A stretch of DNA of 64,000 nucleotides from assembly GCA_035553095.1 (NCBI GenBank), contig DATNDZ010000020.1, positions 17,690 to 81,689 on the forward strand, read 5' to 3'. A program made the translations under genes and the position numbers. This document shows, piece by piece, positions 26,704-36,196 of this stretch. The notes below the pieces were generated by a model. That model had not been told where the DNA came from. It saw nothing but the letters and a program-made list of their open reading frames with translations, and did no database searches. The first letter of the stretch is position 1; each line of letters opens with the position of its first letter. This DNA is from Solirubrobacteraceae bacterium (GTDB taxonomy: Bacteria; Actinomycetota; Thermoleophilia; Solirubrobacterales; Solirubrobacteraceae).

Positions 26704-28428
26704 TCAGCCCTCGCCGTCGTAGAGGAAGAAGCCGGCTCCGGCGGCGCGACCCAGCCGCCCGGCCTGCACGAGCCGCCGCAGCGCCGGCGCCGCGCGGTAG
26801 CGCTCCTCGCCGTACTCGCTGCGCAGCGCGACCAGGAGCCGCAGCACGCGGTCGAGCCCGATCGTGTCCGCCCACGCGAGCGGGCCACGCGGATAGCTCA
26901 GGCCGAGCACCATGCCCGTGTCGATGTCGGCTGCATCGCCGATGCCTTCCCCGAGCGCGAACGCGCACTCGTTGATGACCTGGCACACGATCCGCCCGAG
27001 CACCAGTCCCGGCGCGTCACCGACCCAGGCCACGTGTCTGCCGAGCGTCTGAAAGAAGCGCTCGGCGCGCGCCGCCGCCAGCGGCGAGGAGCCCTCGTTA
27101 CGCGTCAGCTCGACGAGCGCGCCCTGCTCGAGCGGCGCCAGCACATGAAATCCGACGGCGCTCCCGCCCGGGTCGAGCCGGCCGAGCGAGCCGGCCTCGC
27201 ACAGGATCAGATGGGCGCCTCCCTGGGGCTGCTCCGGCGCGGCCGGCGCACTCGGCACCGACAGCTCGTCGCCTGCTTCCGGAAGCCGGGCGCACTCGAT
27301 CACCAGCGAGGGCAGCACGCCGCCGGTCGGATCGTGCGGCGAGCGCACCTCGTAGCCAGCCTCGCTCGCCGCGTGGCGCAGCGGCTCGGCCACGGGGCCG
27401 GCGCCGGCGATCACGACGACGCCCTCGCCGCTGGCGGGCGTCTGGCCCTCGTGCGCCTGCGGATCGGGCGGCCGGTGACCAGGCCCGCCCCCCGCCGGCG
27501 GCCGCTCGGACGGGTAGGTGTAGTAGCCGCGGCCGCTCTTGCGCCCGTGCAGTCCCGCCGCGACGTAGCGCGCGGCGATCGGAGACGGGCGCCAGCGCGG
27601 CTCACCGAAGCTCTGCGCGTAGAAGCTCTTTGAGATCTCGAAGCCAACGTCGACGCCGACCAGATCCATCAGCTCGAACGGGCCCATGCGAAAGCCGCCC
27701 CCCATCCGGCAGATGCGGTCGATCGTCTCGACGTCGGCGATCCGCTCTGCAAGCAGGCGCAGCGCCTCCAGCCCGAACGGGCGGTTGCAGCGGTTGACTA
27801 GGAAGCCGGGCCCATCGCTGGCGCGGATCACCGTCTTGCCCATCGCCACGCCGGTCGCGTGTGCCAGCGCGAGCGCCTCCTGCGAAGACTGCTCGCCGGC
27901 GACGACCTCCAGCAGCGCCATCAACGGGGCCGGGTTGAAGAAGTGCATGCCGACGACGCGCTCCGGGTGGCTCGCGGCCGGTCCCAGCGCCGTCACGAGC
28001 AACGAGGAGGTGTTGCTCGCGAGCACGCAGCGCTCATCGACGATCTCCGAGAGGCGGCGGTAGAGCTCGTGCTTGAGCTCGAGGCTCTCCGGGGCCGCCT
28101 CGATCACGAGCTCGCACGGGGCCAGCGCCTGCAGCGAGTCGACCGGCTCCAGGCGCGCACTCGCCAGCTCGGCCTCCTCCTCTGAGAGCCGGCCCTTGGC
28201 GGCTTCCTTGCCCAGGCCCTCGCGCGCGCGCTCGAGACCGCTCTGGAGCGCCTCGGGCACGGGGTCGTGCAGGAGCGTTCGTGCCCCGCTGCGCGCTGCC
28301 AGCTGGGCGATCCCGGATCCCATCGTGCCCGCCCCGAGCACGCCAATCACGGCTGCCGGGCGGCCGCCCGAGCCCGCGGAGTCGGCGCTCTCGTCTGCTT
28401 CCGGGATATCGGTGGTGGACACGCCCAA
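26704..28428 (-). CDS. 3-hydroxyacyl-CoA dehydrogenase (PaaH-like, duplicated C-terminal domain)
   Basis: GAGTMGSGIA, IEAAPE, ASNTSS, GMHFFNPA, PGFLVNR, MGPFELMD. Confidence 0.93.
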   Translation of the reverse strand: MGVSTTDIPEADESADSAGSGGRPAAVIGVLGAGTMGSGIAQLAARSGARTLLHDPVPEALQSGLERAREGLGKEAAKGRLSEEEAELASARLEPVDSLQALAPCELVIEAAPESLELKHELYRRLSEIVDERCVLASNTSSLLVTALGPAASHPERVVGMHFFNPAPLMALLEVVAGEQSSQEALALAHATGVAMGKTVIRASDGPGFLVNRCNRPFGLEALRLLAERIADVETIDRICRMGGGFRMGPFELMDLVGVDVGFEISKSFYAQSFGEPRWRPSPIAARYVAAGLHGRKSGRGYYTYPSERPPAGGGPGHRPPDPQAHEGQTPASGEGVVVIAGAGPVAEPLRHAASEAGYEVRSPHDPTGGVLPSLVIECARLPEAGDELSVPSAPAAPEQPQGGAHLILCEAGSLGRLDPGGSAVGFHVLAPLEQGALVELTRNEGSSPLAAARAERFFQTLGRHVAWVGDAPGLVLGRIVCQVINECAFALGEGIGDAADIDTGMVLGLSYPRGPLAWADTIGLDRVLRLLVALRSEYGEERYRAAPALRRLVQAGRLGRAAGAGFFLYDGEG

Positions 28429-28441
28429 CGCCCGCCCAAGC

Positions 28442-29602
28442 TCAGGCCGGAACGAGGGCGCCGATTCCGGTCATTTCGCGCCCGATGATCAGTTTCTGGA
28501 TCTGCGAGGTGCCCTCGTACAGTGTCGTCACGCGCGCGTCGCGGTAGTAGCGCTCGACCGGGTGGTCGTCAACGTAGCCCGCGCCGCCGTGGACCTGGAT
28601 CGCCAGATTGGCGCACTCGAGCGACGCCTCCGTGGCGTGGAGCTTGGCGATCGAGGTCTCGAGCGTGTTGGGCTTGCCCTGGTCCTTCAGCCAGCCCGCG
28701 CGCCACACGAGCATGCGCGAGGCCTCCGTCTTCACGGTCATGTCCGCGATCATCGCCTGCACGAGCTGGAAGCTTGCGATCGGGCGGCCGAACTGTTCGC
28801 GCTCCTTGGCATAGGCCACCGACTCGTCCACGCAGCCCTGGCAGATGCCCACGCAGCCCGCCGCCACCGAGTAGCGGCCGGAGTCGAGGTTCGACATCGC
28901 CACTTTGAAGCCCTGGCCCACCTCACCGAGCACGTTCTCGTCGGACACCTCCACGTCTTCCAGCGCGATCGACGCCGTGTCGGAGGCGTGCAGCCCCATC
29001 TTGTGCTCGATCGTCTGCGGTTTGAAGCCCGGCTGGTCGGTGTCCACGATGAAGCACGCGATGCCCTTGTGGCCGAGGTCGGGGTCGGTCTGGGCGAAGA
29101 TCAGCGCCACCTTCGCGTAGTTGGCCATCGAGATCCACATCTTCGCGCCGTTGATGACCCACCCGCCGTCGGTCTTCGTCGCGCGCGTGCGCTGGTTCGC
29201 CGCGTCCGAGCCCGTGTCCGGCTCGGTCAGGCCGAAGCAGCCGAGCCACTCGCCCGAGCACAGCTTTGGCAGGTAGGCGTGCTTCTGCTCCTCCGTGCCC
29301 CACTTGAGGATGCCCGAGCAGACGAGCGAGGTCTGCACCGAGATCACCGTGCGGATCGCCGAGTCGCCGCGGCCGATCTCCTCGACGATCAGACCGTAGG
29401 ACAGATAGTCGAGGCCCGCTCCGCCGTACTCGCTTGGCACGATCGCGCCGAGGTAGCCCTGTGCGGCGACCTTGCGGACGAGGTCCACGTCGAAGTGGTG
29501 GTTGCGTGCGTTTTCGCGCGACTGCAACACGATCTCGTTGTTGGTGAAGTCGCGCGCAGTGTCCTTGATCAGGCGCTGCTCGTCGGTCAACTCGAAGTCC
29601 AT
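28442..29602 (-). CDS. Acyl-CoA dehydrogenase
   Basis: CFGLTEPDTGSD, NGAKMWI, REQFGRPI, QVHGGAGY, YEGTSQIQ. Confidence 0.96.
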   Translation of the reverse strand: MDFELTDEQRLIKDTARDFTNNEIVLQSRENARNHHFDVDLVRKVAAQGYLGAIVPSEYGGAGLDYLSYGLIVEEIGRGDSAIRTVISVQTSLVCSGILKWGTEEQKHAYLPKLCSGEWLGCFGLTEPDTGSDAANQRTRATKTDGGWVINGAKMWISMANYAKVALIFAQTDPDLGHKGIACFIVDTDQPGFKPQTIEHKMGLHASDTASIALEDVEVSDENVLGEVGQGFKVAMSNLDSGRYSVAAGCVGICQGCVDESVAYAKEREQFGRPIASFQLVQAMIADMTVKTEASRMLVWRAGWLKDQGKPNTLETSIAKLHATEASLECANLAIQVHGGAGYVDDHPVERYYRDARVTTLYEGTSQIQKLIIGREMTGIGALVPA

Positions 29603-29629
29603 TCGTCTCCTCTCGGGCCGAGCCGGCGT

Positions 29630-31027
29630 TCAAGCCAGCTTCGGCGTTTGCCATGGCGCCGTCACGCGCCGCTCGATCTCCTCTGCGATGCCCTCGATCG
29701 GGACGCGCTCCTGCTCGAGCGTGTCACGATCGCGCAGCGTCACGGTCCGGTCCTCAAGGCTCTGGTGGTCGACGGTCAGGCAGAACGGCGTGCCGATCTC
29801 GTCCTGGCGGCGGTAGCGCTTGCCGATCGAGCCGCCCTCGTCGTACTCGGCCTGCACGAGCGAGCGCACGGCGCGGTGGACCTCATGCGCCAACTCCGGC
29901 TGGCCGTCCTTGCGCAGCAGCGGAAGGATCGCGGCCTTCACCGGCGCCAGGCGCGGGTGCAGCCGCAGCACCGTGCGAAGCTCGCCGTCGCCCGCGCCCT
30001 CCCCTTCGACCACTTCCTCGTCGTAGGCATCGACGAGGAACGCCAGCAGCGCGCGGTCGGCGCCGGCGGCCGGCTCGATCACGTGGGGCACGTAGCGCTC
30101 GCCGCTTGACTGGTCGAAGTACTCGAGCTTCTCACCCGAGAACTCGGCATGGCGGGTGAGGTCGAAGTCGCCGCGGTTGGCGATGCCCTCGAGCTCGGAC
30201 CAGCCGATCGGAAACAGGTATTCGACGTCGCTCGTGCCCGAGGAGTAGTGCGAGAGCTCGTCCGCCTCGTGGGCGCGCAGGCGCAGGTGGTCGGGGCGGA
30301 TGCCGAGGCCCGTGTACCACAGCTCCCGCTCGGCCAGCCAGTGCTCGAACCAGCGCTCGGCCTCCTGCGGCGGCACGAAGTACTCCATCTCCATCTGCTC
30401 GAACTCGCGGGTGCGGAAGATGAAATTCCCCGGCGTGATCTCGTTGCGGAAGGACTTGCCCACCTGGGCGATGCCGAACGGCGGCTTCTTGCGCGCGAAC
30501 TGCAGGACGTTCTTGAAGTTGATGAAGATCCCCTGCGCCGTCTCGGGGCGCAGGTAGGCAACCGAGCCCGACTCTCGGACCGGGCCGATCGTCGTCTCGA
30601 ACATCAGGTTGAAGTCACGCGCGTCGGTCAGCTCGCACTCGTCGGCTTCGCCCGGGTGCTTGGACGGTTTGCGCCCGCACTCGAGCTCCTGCAGGTGATC
30701 GGCGCGAAAGCGCTGCCCGCACGTCTTGCAGTCCACGAGCGGGTCGGTGAAGCCCTCGAGATGTCCCGAGGCCTCCCACACGCGCGCGTGCTGGAGGATC
30801 GCCGAGTCGATCGCGACGATGTCGTCGCGCTCGGTGATCATCGCGCGCCACCACTCGCTCTTGACGTTCGACTTCAGGAGCACGCCGTAGTGGCCGTAGT
30901 CGTAGGTCGAGCCGACGCCGCCGTAGATCTCAGACGACGGAAACACGAAGCCGCGGCGCTTGCACAGAGCCACGATCTTCTCCATCGTCACGACGTCTTG
31001 GGCGGCGCCGCTTTCGGGCTCAGCCAT
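29630..31027 (-). CDS. glyQS: Glycine--tRNA ligase (alpha2 type)
   Basis: CKRRGF..SEIYGG, LRPETAQGIF, GKSFRNEITP, REFEQME, ELEGIANR, IGKRYRRQDEIGTP. Confidence 0.97.
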   Translation of the reverse strand: MAEPESGAAQDVVTMEKIVALCKRRGFVFPSSEIYGGVGSTYDYGHYGVLLKSNVKSEWWRAMITERDDIVAIDSAILQHARVWEASGHLEGFTDPLVDCKTCGQRFRADHLQELECGRKPSKHPGEADECELTDARDFNLMFETTIGPVRESGSVAYLRPETAQGIFINFKNVLQFARKKPPFGIAQVGKSFRNEITPGNFIFRTREFEQMEMEYFVPPQEAERWFEHWLAERELWYTGLGIRPDHLRLRAHEADELSHYSSGTSDVEYLFPIGWSELEGIANRGDFDLTRHAEFSGEKLEYFDQSSGERYVPHVIEPAAGADRALLAFLVDAYDEEVVEGEGAGDGELRTVLRLHPRLAPVKAAILPLLRKDGQPELAHEVHRAVRSLVQAEYDEGGSIGKRYRRQDEIGTPFCLTVDHQSLEDRTVTLRDRDTLEQERVPIEGIAEEIERRVTAPWQTPKLA

Positions 31028-31339
31028 GGCCGATGCCGTCCGCCGCGGCGGCTGCCCCGATCGCGTCTGCATGCATGGGATGACCGTAGCGGGCAGAGGC
31101 TGTCGAGATGGTCGCGTGGCCCATGTGGTGGTGAGCGCCGTCGCTCGACGCCGGCGGCGATCATAGGAGATGGTGCCGGTGGCCGGGCCATCGGCTCGCT
31201 GCGGCCGCGCCGTCGCGCACGCTCCGGCCGACGCGACGCGGATTCCGCGACCACGTCCGGTGCAGCCGACCGGGAGCGGCGCCGGGCTGTTTGCGCCGGC
31301 ACCGCTCCCGTATCGAGCTCGCGCGTCTGCGCGTGCGCC

Positions 31340-32824
31340 CTACGCGATCGGGTTGATCTCGACGGCTTCTTCGCTCGTCCGGGTCAGTTTGACCGTGAGT
31401 CCGGCCTGTTCGTTGGCCCCACCGGCGATCGAGGACCGCAGCACGTCCACCGGTTCGCCTTCGAACCGTTCCGGCACCTGCCTGCCTTTCGAGGCTTTGA
31501 ACGATTCGGTGCCGCTCACGGATGTTTTTCCGGACGAGACCGCCGCGATCACAGATCCCGTGATCACTTGCGCCGAGCCACCGCAGGTGAATTCGAACAG
31601 CGGCCCGGTGTGCCCTGTCGGGAACAGGTCGAGGCCGACTTTTCGGAATTCTTTTCCTTCGATGACCCCTTCGGTGATAGCTCCCAGTTCGCCTTCGAGC
31701 GCCTTGCTCACCAGTTCGCCCGCTCCGGCTCCGGCGCTCGAGCAGCTCGACGCGTTGGGACCGACGCAGCCGGTGAACCTGACCGAGACTGCGGTCACGT
31801 TTTTGGTGCCGCTGTATTTACCGCCACCGCTCTCGGCCGCGCAGGCGACTTTCGATTTGCCGACGGTTTCGAGTTTGGTCGCGCCGCCGGCCGTCGTGAA
31901 GCCGCTCTTTACGACACCCGGGACCCATTCGTAGGAGCCCGGTTCGTGCGCAGTGCAGCCCGAGTTGTGGAACTTGCCCGTTCCTTTGGCCACTTTGACG
32001 CACCTACCGAACTCGGGCGGCGGGTCGCGGACCAGTTCGGCCGTCGCGAGCTCGAGCGTCCCGTTCAGGATCGCCGTGTTGTGACCGGCCGCCGCCGGCA
32101 ACCCCTCTTTGAGGTTCACCGAGGGGTCGACGATCGGTGCCAGGACGCCGGCGCAGCCGTTTGCACCACCCACCGCGAAGGCGTTGTCGACCAGCGACGT
32201 GTTGGTGGACTTCACGAGCCGTCCTCCGAATTTCACGTCCGGTACGCCGCCGCTTCCCGTGATCGGTTCGTTCGGGGGCGGTGGATTGGTCGTTTTGCCG
32301 GTCAGGTTCATCACGATCGGTTCCGAGTCCGAGCCGATGTAGCACGAGGCGCCGAGCAGCGGATTGTCGAGTTTGACCTTGACCGGGAGCGTGACCAGTT
32401 CGCCGAATTCCGGCGGGGACGTCAGTTCCGCTGTCGCCGTGACTTCTGTCAGGTTTCCGAGCAGTTCGATCCCCAGCAGCCCACCCGGCACGGGGAGGGG
32501 CGTTTTCGAGAGCATTTCGCCTCCTCGCGGGGGCGCGAGGGCCAGCGAGGGGGGGACCGTCCCCCCCTGCAGGGTGACCGTGCGGGTGATCGGAACCGTC
32601 GAGTTCCCGATCGTGAACTGACCACCGGTGGTCAACGCGACCACGCATCCAGCGACGCCCGGCGTTTCGAGCGGGCAGTTGGCGAAGGGCGCGAGTTCTT
32701 CCTTGATCGTGCCCGCCGAGGCTGCGCCTGGCGTGAGTGCGGCTGCGAGCGCGACGAGCGCGAGCGCCGGTACGAACCGTCGTTTGATCCCCCGGCGCGC
32801 AGTACGCGCTCCACGAGTCCCCAT
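31340..32824 (-). CDS. Secreted two-domain Cys-containing hypothetical protein
   Basis: Signal peptide ending AASA, GGGAG RBS; C-terminal domain resembles 37884..38699. Confidence 0.82.
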   Translation of the reverse strand: MGTRGARTARRGIKRRFVPALALVALAAALTPGAASAGTIKEELAPFANCPLETPGVAGCVVALTTGGQFTIGNSTVPITRTVTLQGGTVPPSLALAPPRGGEMLSKTPLPVPGGLLGIELLGNLTEVTATAELTSPPEFGELVTLPVKVKLDNPLLGASCYIGSDSEPIVMNLTGKTTNPPPPNEPITGSGGVPDVKFGGRLVKSTNTSLVDNAFAVGGANGCAGVLAPIVDPSVNLKEGLPAAAGHNTAILNGTLELATAELVRDPPPEFGRCVKVAKGTGKFHNSGCTAHEPGSYEWVPGVVKSGFTTAGGATKLETVGKSKVACAAESGGGKYSGTKNVTAVSVRFTGCVGPNASSCSSAGAGAGELVSKALEGELGAITEGVIEGKEFRKVGLDLFPTGHTGPLFEFTCGGSAQVITGSVIAAVSSGKTSVSGTESFKASKGRQVPERFEGEPVDVLRSSIAGGANEQAGLTVKLTRTSEEAVEINPIA

Positions 32825-33041
32825 GGTGCTGTCTCCCTTCTACGATGATTGGCGGGCCCTGCACGCAGCGAGTACCACCCCTTGTGGCGCACCACGCCAA
32901 GTCGTGATACCCGACTTGACTGGTTCTAAACATCCTGGGTATTGGCTTGCAATAAGGCGCTCGCATACCGCAATCCGGCCTTCCGGATGCCGATCGACCG
33001 GCCGGCTGTGACCCGGGCGCGCGGGCCGTAGGATGCCCGCC

Positions 33042-33611
33042 GTGGCGCGCATCCTGATCGTCGGCGGCGGCTGCCCGGGAAGGCGCCTGGCCGAGCTGAT
33101 GGTCGCTCAGGGGCACGCCGTGCGCGCGACCACGCGCAGCGAGGCTCGCCGCAGCGCGATCGAGGCGACCGGCGCCGAGTGCTGGGTCGGGACGCCCGAT
33201 CGGCTCGCGACGCTGCGGGGCGCGCTCGAGAACGTGACGATCGCCTGTTGGATGCTCGCGCGCGCGAGCGCCAGCGAGGGGGAGCTCGCCGCGTTGCACT
33301 CCTCGCGCCTTGAGTTCTTCCTCGGCCAGGCGATCGACACGACCGTGCGCGGGCTGATCTACGACGCGCGGCCCGCGCACGCGACCGAGCGGGAGGCCGA
33401 GCAGGCGACCGAGCTGCGGCGGCCCGGCGACCGGCGCCCTTCCAGGGCGATGCTCGGCGAGGGGGCCAGCATCTTCCGCTCGCTGACCGAGCTCAACTCG
33501 ATTCCGTCGGTCGTGCTCGGCGAGGGCGCAGCCGGCGCCGAGGATGGCGAGCGCACCTGGCTGACCGAAGCGCAGGAGGCCGTCGAATCGCTGCTCGACC
33601 GTCGGCGCTGA
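33042..33611 (+). CDS. Hypothetical protein with Rossmann-like NAD(P)-binding N-terminus
   Basis: RILIVGGGCPG; TAGGAT 7 nt upstream of GTG 33042. Confidence 0.7.
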   Translation: MARILIVGGGCPGRRLAELMVAQGHAVRATTRSEARRSAIEATGAECWVGTPDRLATLRGALENVTIACWMLARASASEGELAALHSSRLEFFLGQAIDTTVRGLIYDARPAHATEREAEQATELRRPGDRRPSRAMLGEGASIFRSLTELNSIPSVVLGEGAAGAEDGERTWLTEAQEAVESLLDRRR

Positions 33612-33686
33612 GGCGCGCCTCGCCGCCTGTCGAGCCGGCCCGGCGGCGGTAAAGCCCGGCCTCCGGCGCGCCGATGCATCAATGCA

Positions 33687-34304
33687 ATGGGGGAATCGGC
33701 AATGGGGGAATCGCGTTCCGCGTATGGCCTGCTCGCGTCGGCGTTCGGCGCGATCCTGCTGGCCGTGTCCGTGTTCCTGCCCTGGTATGGCGTGAGCTTC
33801 ACTGCGGACGGCGTCGCGAGCGCCGAGCGGGCCGGAGAACAGTTCGTTGCTGCGTTCGGCACCCCCGCCCTGCAGAGCCACCTCGGCGCGCTCCACGCCA
33901 GCCTCGGCGGCCTCGTCGGGCACGAACTGTTCGCGCTCAGCGCGCACCAGGCGCTCAGCACGCTGAACGTGCTCCTGCTGATCCTCGCCGGGCTCGGCAT
34001 CCTGATCGCATTGATGGCGCTCGCCGGGCCGGCGGCCGCCTCGAGCGACGCCAACCGCGTGCCGCTGGCCCTGCTGGGTCTCCTCGGCGCTGCCTGCGTC
34101 GTCTTCCGCATGGTCGATCGGCCCTCACCGGCCGGCCAGCTGGTGTCGCTGTCGCTGCGCGAGGGCGCCTGGCTGGCGCTGCTGGGCTGCGTGAGCATGG
34201 CCGTGGGCGCCTTGTGGAGTCCGGGGGCGACTGCCGCCGCGAAGGGCTCTCCCGGGGGTGCCGACGTGTGGTCGGAGCTGTCGGGTTGGACGCCTGAGAC
34301 CTGA
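33687..34304 (+). CDS. Membrane hypothetical protein (4 TM)
   Basis: SVFLPWY motif plus hydrophobic helices; start 33687 or 33702. Confidence 0.75.
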   Translation: MGESAMGESRSAYGLLASAFGAILLAVSVFLPWYGVSFTADGVASAERAGEQFVAAFGTPALQSHLGALHASLGGLVGHELFALSAHQALSTLNVLLLILAGLGILIALMALAGPAAASSDANRVPLALLGLLGAACVVFRMVDRPSPAGQLVSLSLREGAWLALLGCVSMAVGALWSPGATAAAKGSPGGADVWSELSGWTPET

Positions 34305-34445
34305 CCGGCCAGGGTCGGCGGGGCATGCCGGTCCGCTATCCTGAGGGGTAATACCTGTAAAGCCGATCAGGGTTTGTCTCGAGGTGGGTCGGTCAACAGC
34401 TCCTGAGGGTCCGCGACGGCTGCCCGTTGAGAAAGGAAGACATCA

Positions 34446-35105
34446 ATGACGCTGAAACTTGGCGACGTAGTCCCCGACTTCGAGGCCGATACGACCGAGG
34501 GCCGGATCAAGTTCCACGACTGGATCGGCGACTCGTGGGCGGTGCTGTTCTCGCACCCGAAGGACTTCACGCCCGTGTGCACGACCGAGCTCGGTTACAT
34601 GGCGCAGGCCAAGCCCGAGTTCGACAGGCGCAACGTCAAGATCATCGGCCTGTCGGTCGACGCGCTCGACAACCACGAGGCGTGGGCGAAGGACATCGAG
34701 GAGACCCAGGGGACGGCGCCCAACTACCCGATCATCAGCGACGACGACCTGAGCATCTCAAAGCTGTACGGCATGCTTCCTGCCGACGCGTCCGGCGAGG
34801 TCTCCGACCGCACGCCGGTGGACAACCAGACCGTCCGCAACGTGTTCGTGATCGCGCCCGACAAGACGCTCAAACTGGTGCTCGTCTACCCGATGACGAC
34901 CGGTCGCAACTTCGACGAGGTGCTGCGCGTGATCGACTCGCTGCAGCTGACCGTCAAGCACAAGGTCGCCACGCCGGTCAACTGGAAGCAGGGCGAGAAG
35001 GTGATCATCGCCGGCTCGGTCTCCAACGACCAGGCGAAGGAGACCTACCCGGACGGGTGGGAGGAGCCACGCCCCTACATCCGCATCGTCCCGCAGCCGA
35101 GCTAG
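34446..35105 (+). CDS. 1-Cys peroxiredoxin (Prx6)
   Basis: FSHPKDFTPVCTTE, YPMTTGRNFDE, VATPVNW. Confidence 0.96.
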   Translation: MTLKLGDVVPDFEADTTEGRIKFHDWIGDSWAVLFSHPKDFTPVCTTELGYMAQAKPEFDRRNVKIIGLSVDALDNHEAWAKDIEETQGTAPNYPIISDDDLSISKLYGMLPADASGEVSDRTPVDNQTVRNVFVIAPDKTLKLVLVYPMTTGRNFDEVLRVIDSLQLTVKHKVATPVNWKQGEKVIIAGSVSNDQAKETYPDGWEEPRPYIRIVPQPS

Positions 35106-35112
35106 CGCCCGG

Positions 35113-35694
35113 CTAGGAGAGCAGCAGGCGGGCGTCCTCGAAGGCGCCCGCCCGCAGCCGCCCGAGCAGCTCCTCGATGATGCGGAACGTCGCCCCCCAG
35201 ATCAGATGACCGTCGAGGATGTAGGCGTCGACCTCGAACGTGAAGCCGCGCCGCTCGATCTCCGTGCGCGTGCGGCTCTCACGCACGTCGTGGAGGGGTA
35301 GCTCGAGCACGGCGTCGACCTCGCGCGGCGAGGCGCGCCAGCTCTGCCCCGGCGGTATAAGCCCCACGAACGGGTGGATCAGGTAGTTCGTGGCGAAAGT
35401 CGAGATCGGCTGCAGCTCGCCGAGCGGGCTGACGAGCTCGCGCGCGAGCCCGATCTCCTCCTCGGCCTCGCGCAGCGCCGTCTCGCGAAGGTCGGCATCG
35501 GCGGCGTCGCGGCGCCCGCCCGGGAACGAGATCTCACCGGCGTGGCGGCGCAGGTCGGAGCGGCGCCTGGTCAGCACGACCGACGGGGGCTCGGTCTGGG
35601 AGGGGAGGAACAGCGGCACGAGTACCGCCGCCTGGGTCTGCTCGGCGGGGTCCTTGGCCGTCGGCCAGCGGGGGTCGGGCGTGCCTGCGTGCAA
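35113..35694 (-). CDS. Nudix CoA pyrophosphatase
   Basis: AAVLVPL, LTRR..HAGEISFPGG, ALREAEEEIGL, IWGAT. Confidence 0.92.
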   Translation of the reverse strand: MHAGTPDPRWPTAKDPAEQTQAAVLVPLFLPSQTEPPSVVLTRRRSDLRRHAGEISFPGGRRDAADADLRETALREAEEEIGLARELVSPLGELQPISTFATNYLIHPFVGLIPPGQSWRASPREVDAVLELPLHDVRESRTRTEIERRGFTFEVDAYILDGHLIWGATFRIIEELLGRLRAGAFEDARLLLS

Positions 35695-35704
35695 GCGGCC
35701 CGCG

Positions 35705-36112
35705 TCAGGCTGCCATGTGGACGCGCTCGAGGCGCTCCAGGAACATCACCTCGCCGTCCAGGACACGGTGGACGGGGCACTTCGCCGCGATCACGCGAAG
35801 CCGCTCGACCTGGTCCTCGGGCAGATCGTCGGGCAGCCGTGTGACGAGCTCGAACTTGGTCGGGCAGCCGCGTTCGGCCGGGCTGTACTCGACGTCGACC
35901 TCGACGTGGCCGATGTCCCAGCCCTTGCGCGCCGCGTACATCTCCATCGTGATCGCCGTACAGGAGGCGAGGCTCACGGCGAGCAGCTCCTGGGGGCTTG
36001 CGCCGGAGTCCTGTCCCCCGGTGAGCAGCGGCTCGTCGACCGTCAGCTGGTGGTCGCGCACCTGAACCGTGTGCCTGAAGCCGCCTCCGTCGCGGTGCGC
36101 GCTGGCTTTCAT
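35705..36112 (-). CDS. OsmC-like family protein
   Basis: DEP..GG.D.G.SP.ELL..LASCT..T..MYA.RKGW, KCPVH. Confidence 0.9.
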   Translation of the reverse strand: MKASAHRDGGGFRHTVQVRDHQLTVDEPLLTGGQDSGASPQELLAVSLASCTAITMEMYAARKGWDIGHVEVDVEYSPAERGCPTKFELVTRLPDDLPEDQVERLRVIAAKCPVHRVLDGEVMFLERLERVHMAA

Positions 36113-36196
36113 CCGACTCGAACCGTCCAATCCACCCATTTCGCTCCTTTCAAAGGCCCCGAGAACTCTCATTTACATGGTACTGCGCGAACCGGA

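Noticed and set aside
30149-32848. 899-aa plus-strand ORF and other long ORFs (e.g. 1797..3317, 36234..38483, 48391..51114)
   Set aside because: Antisense or alternate-frame shadows of motif-supported genes, expected at this GC content
34321-34331. Isolated GGCATGCC and other single CATG palindromes as further array members
   Set aside because: Symmetry is 8 bp or less with no neighbouring units; expected by chance
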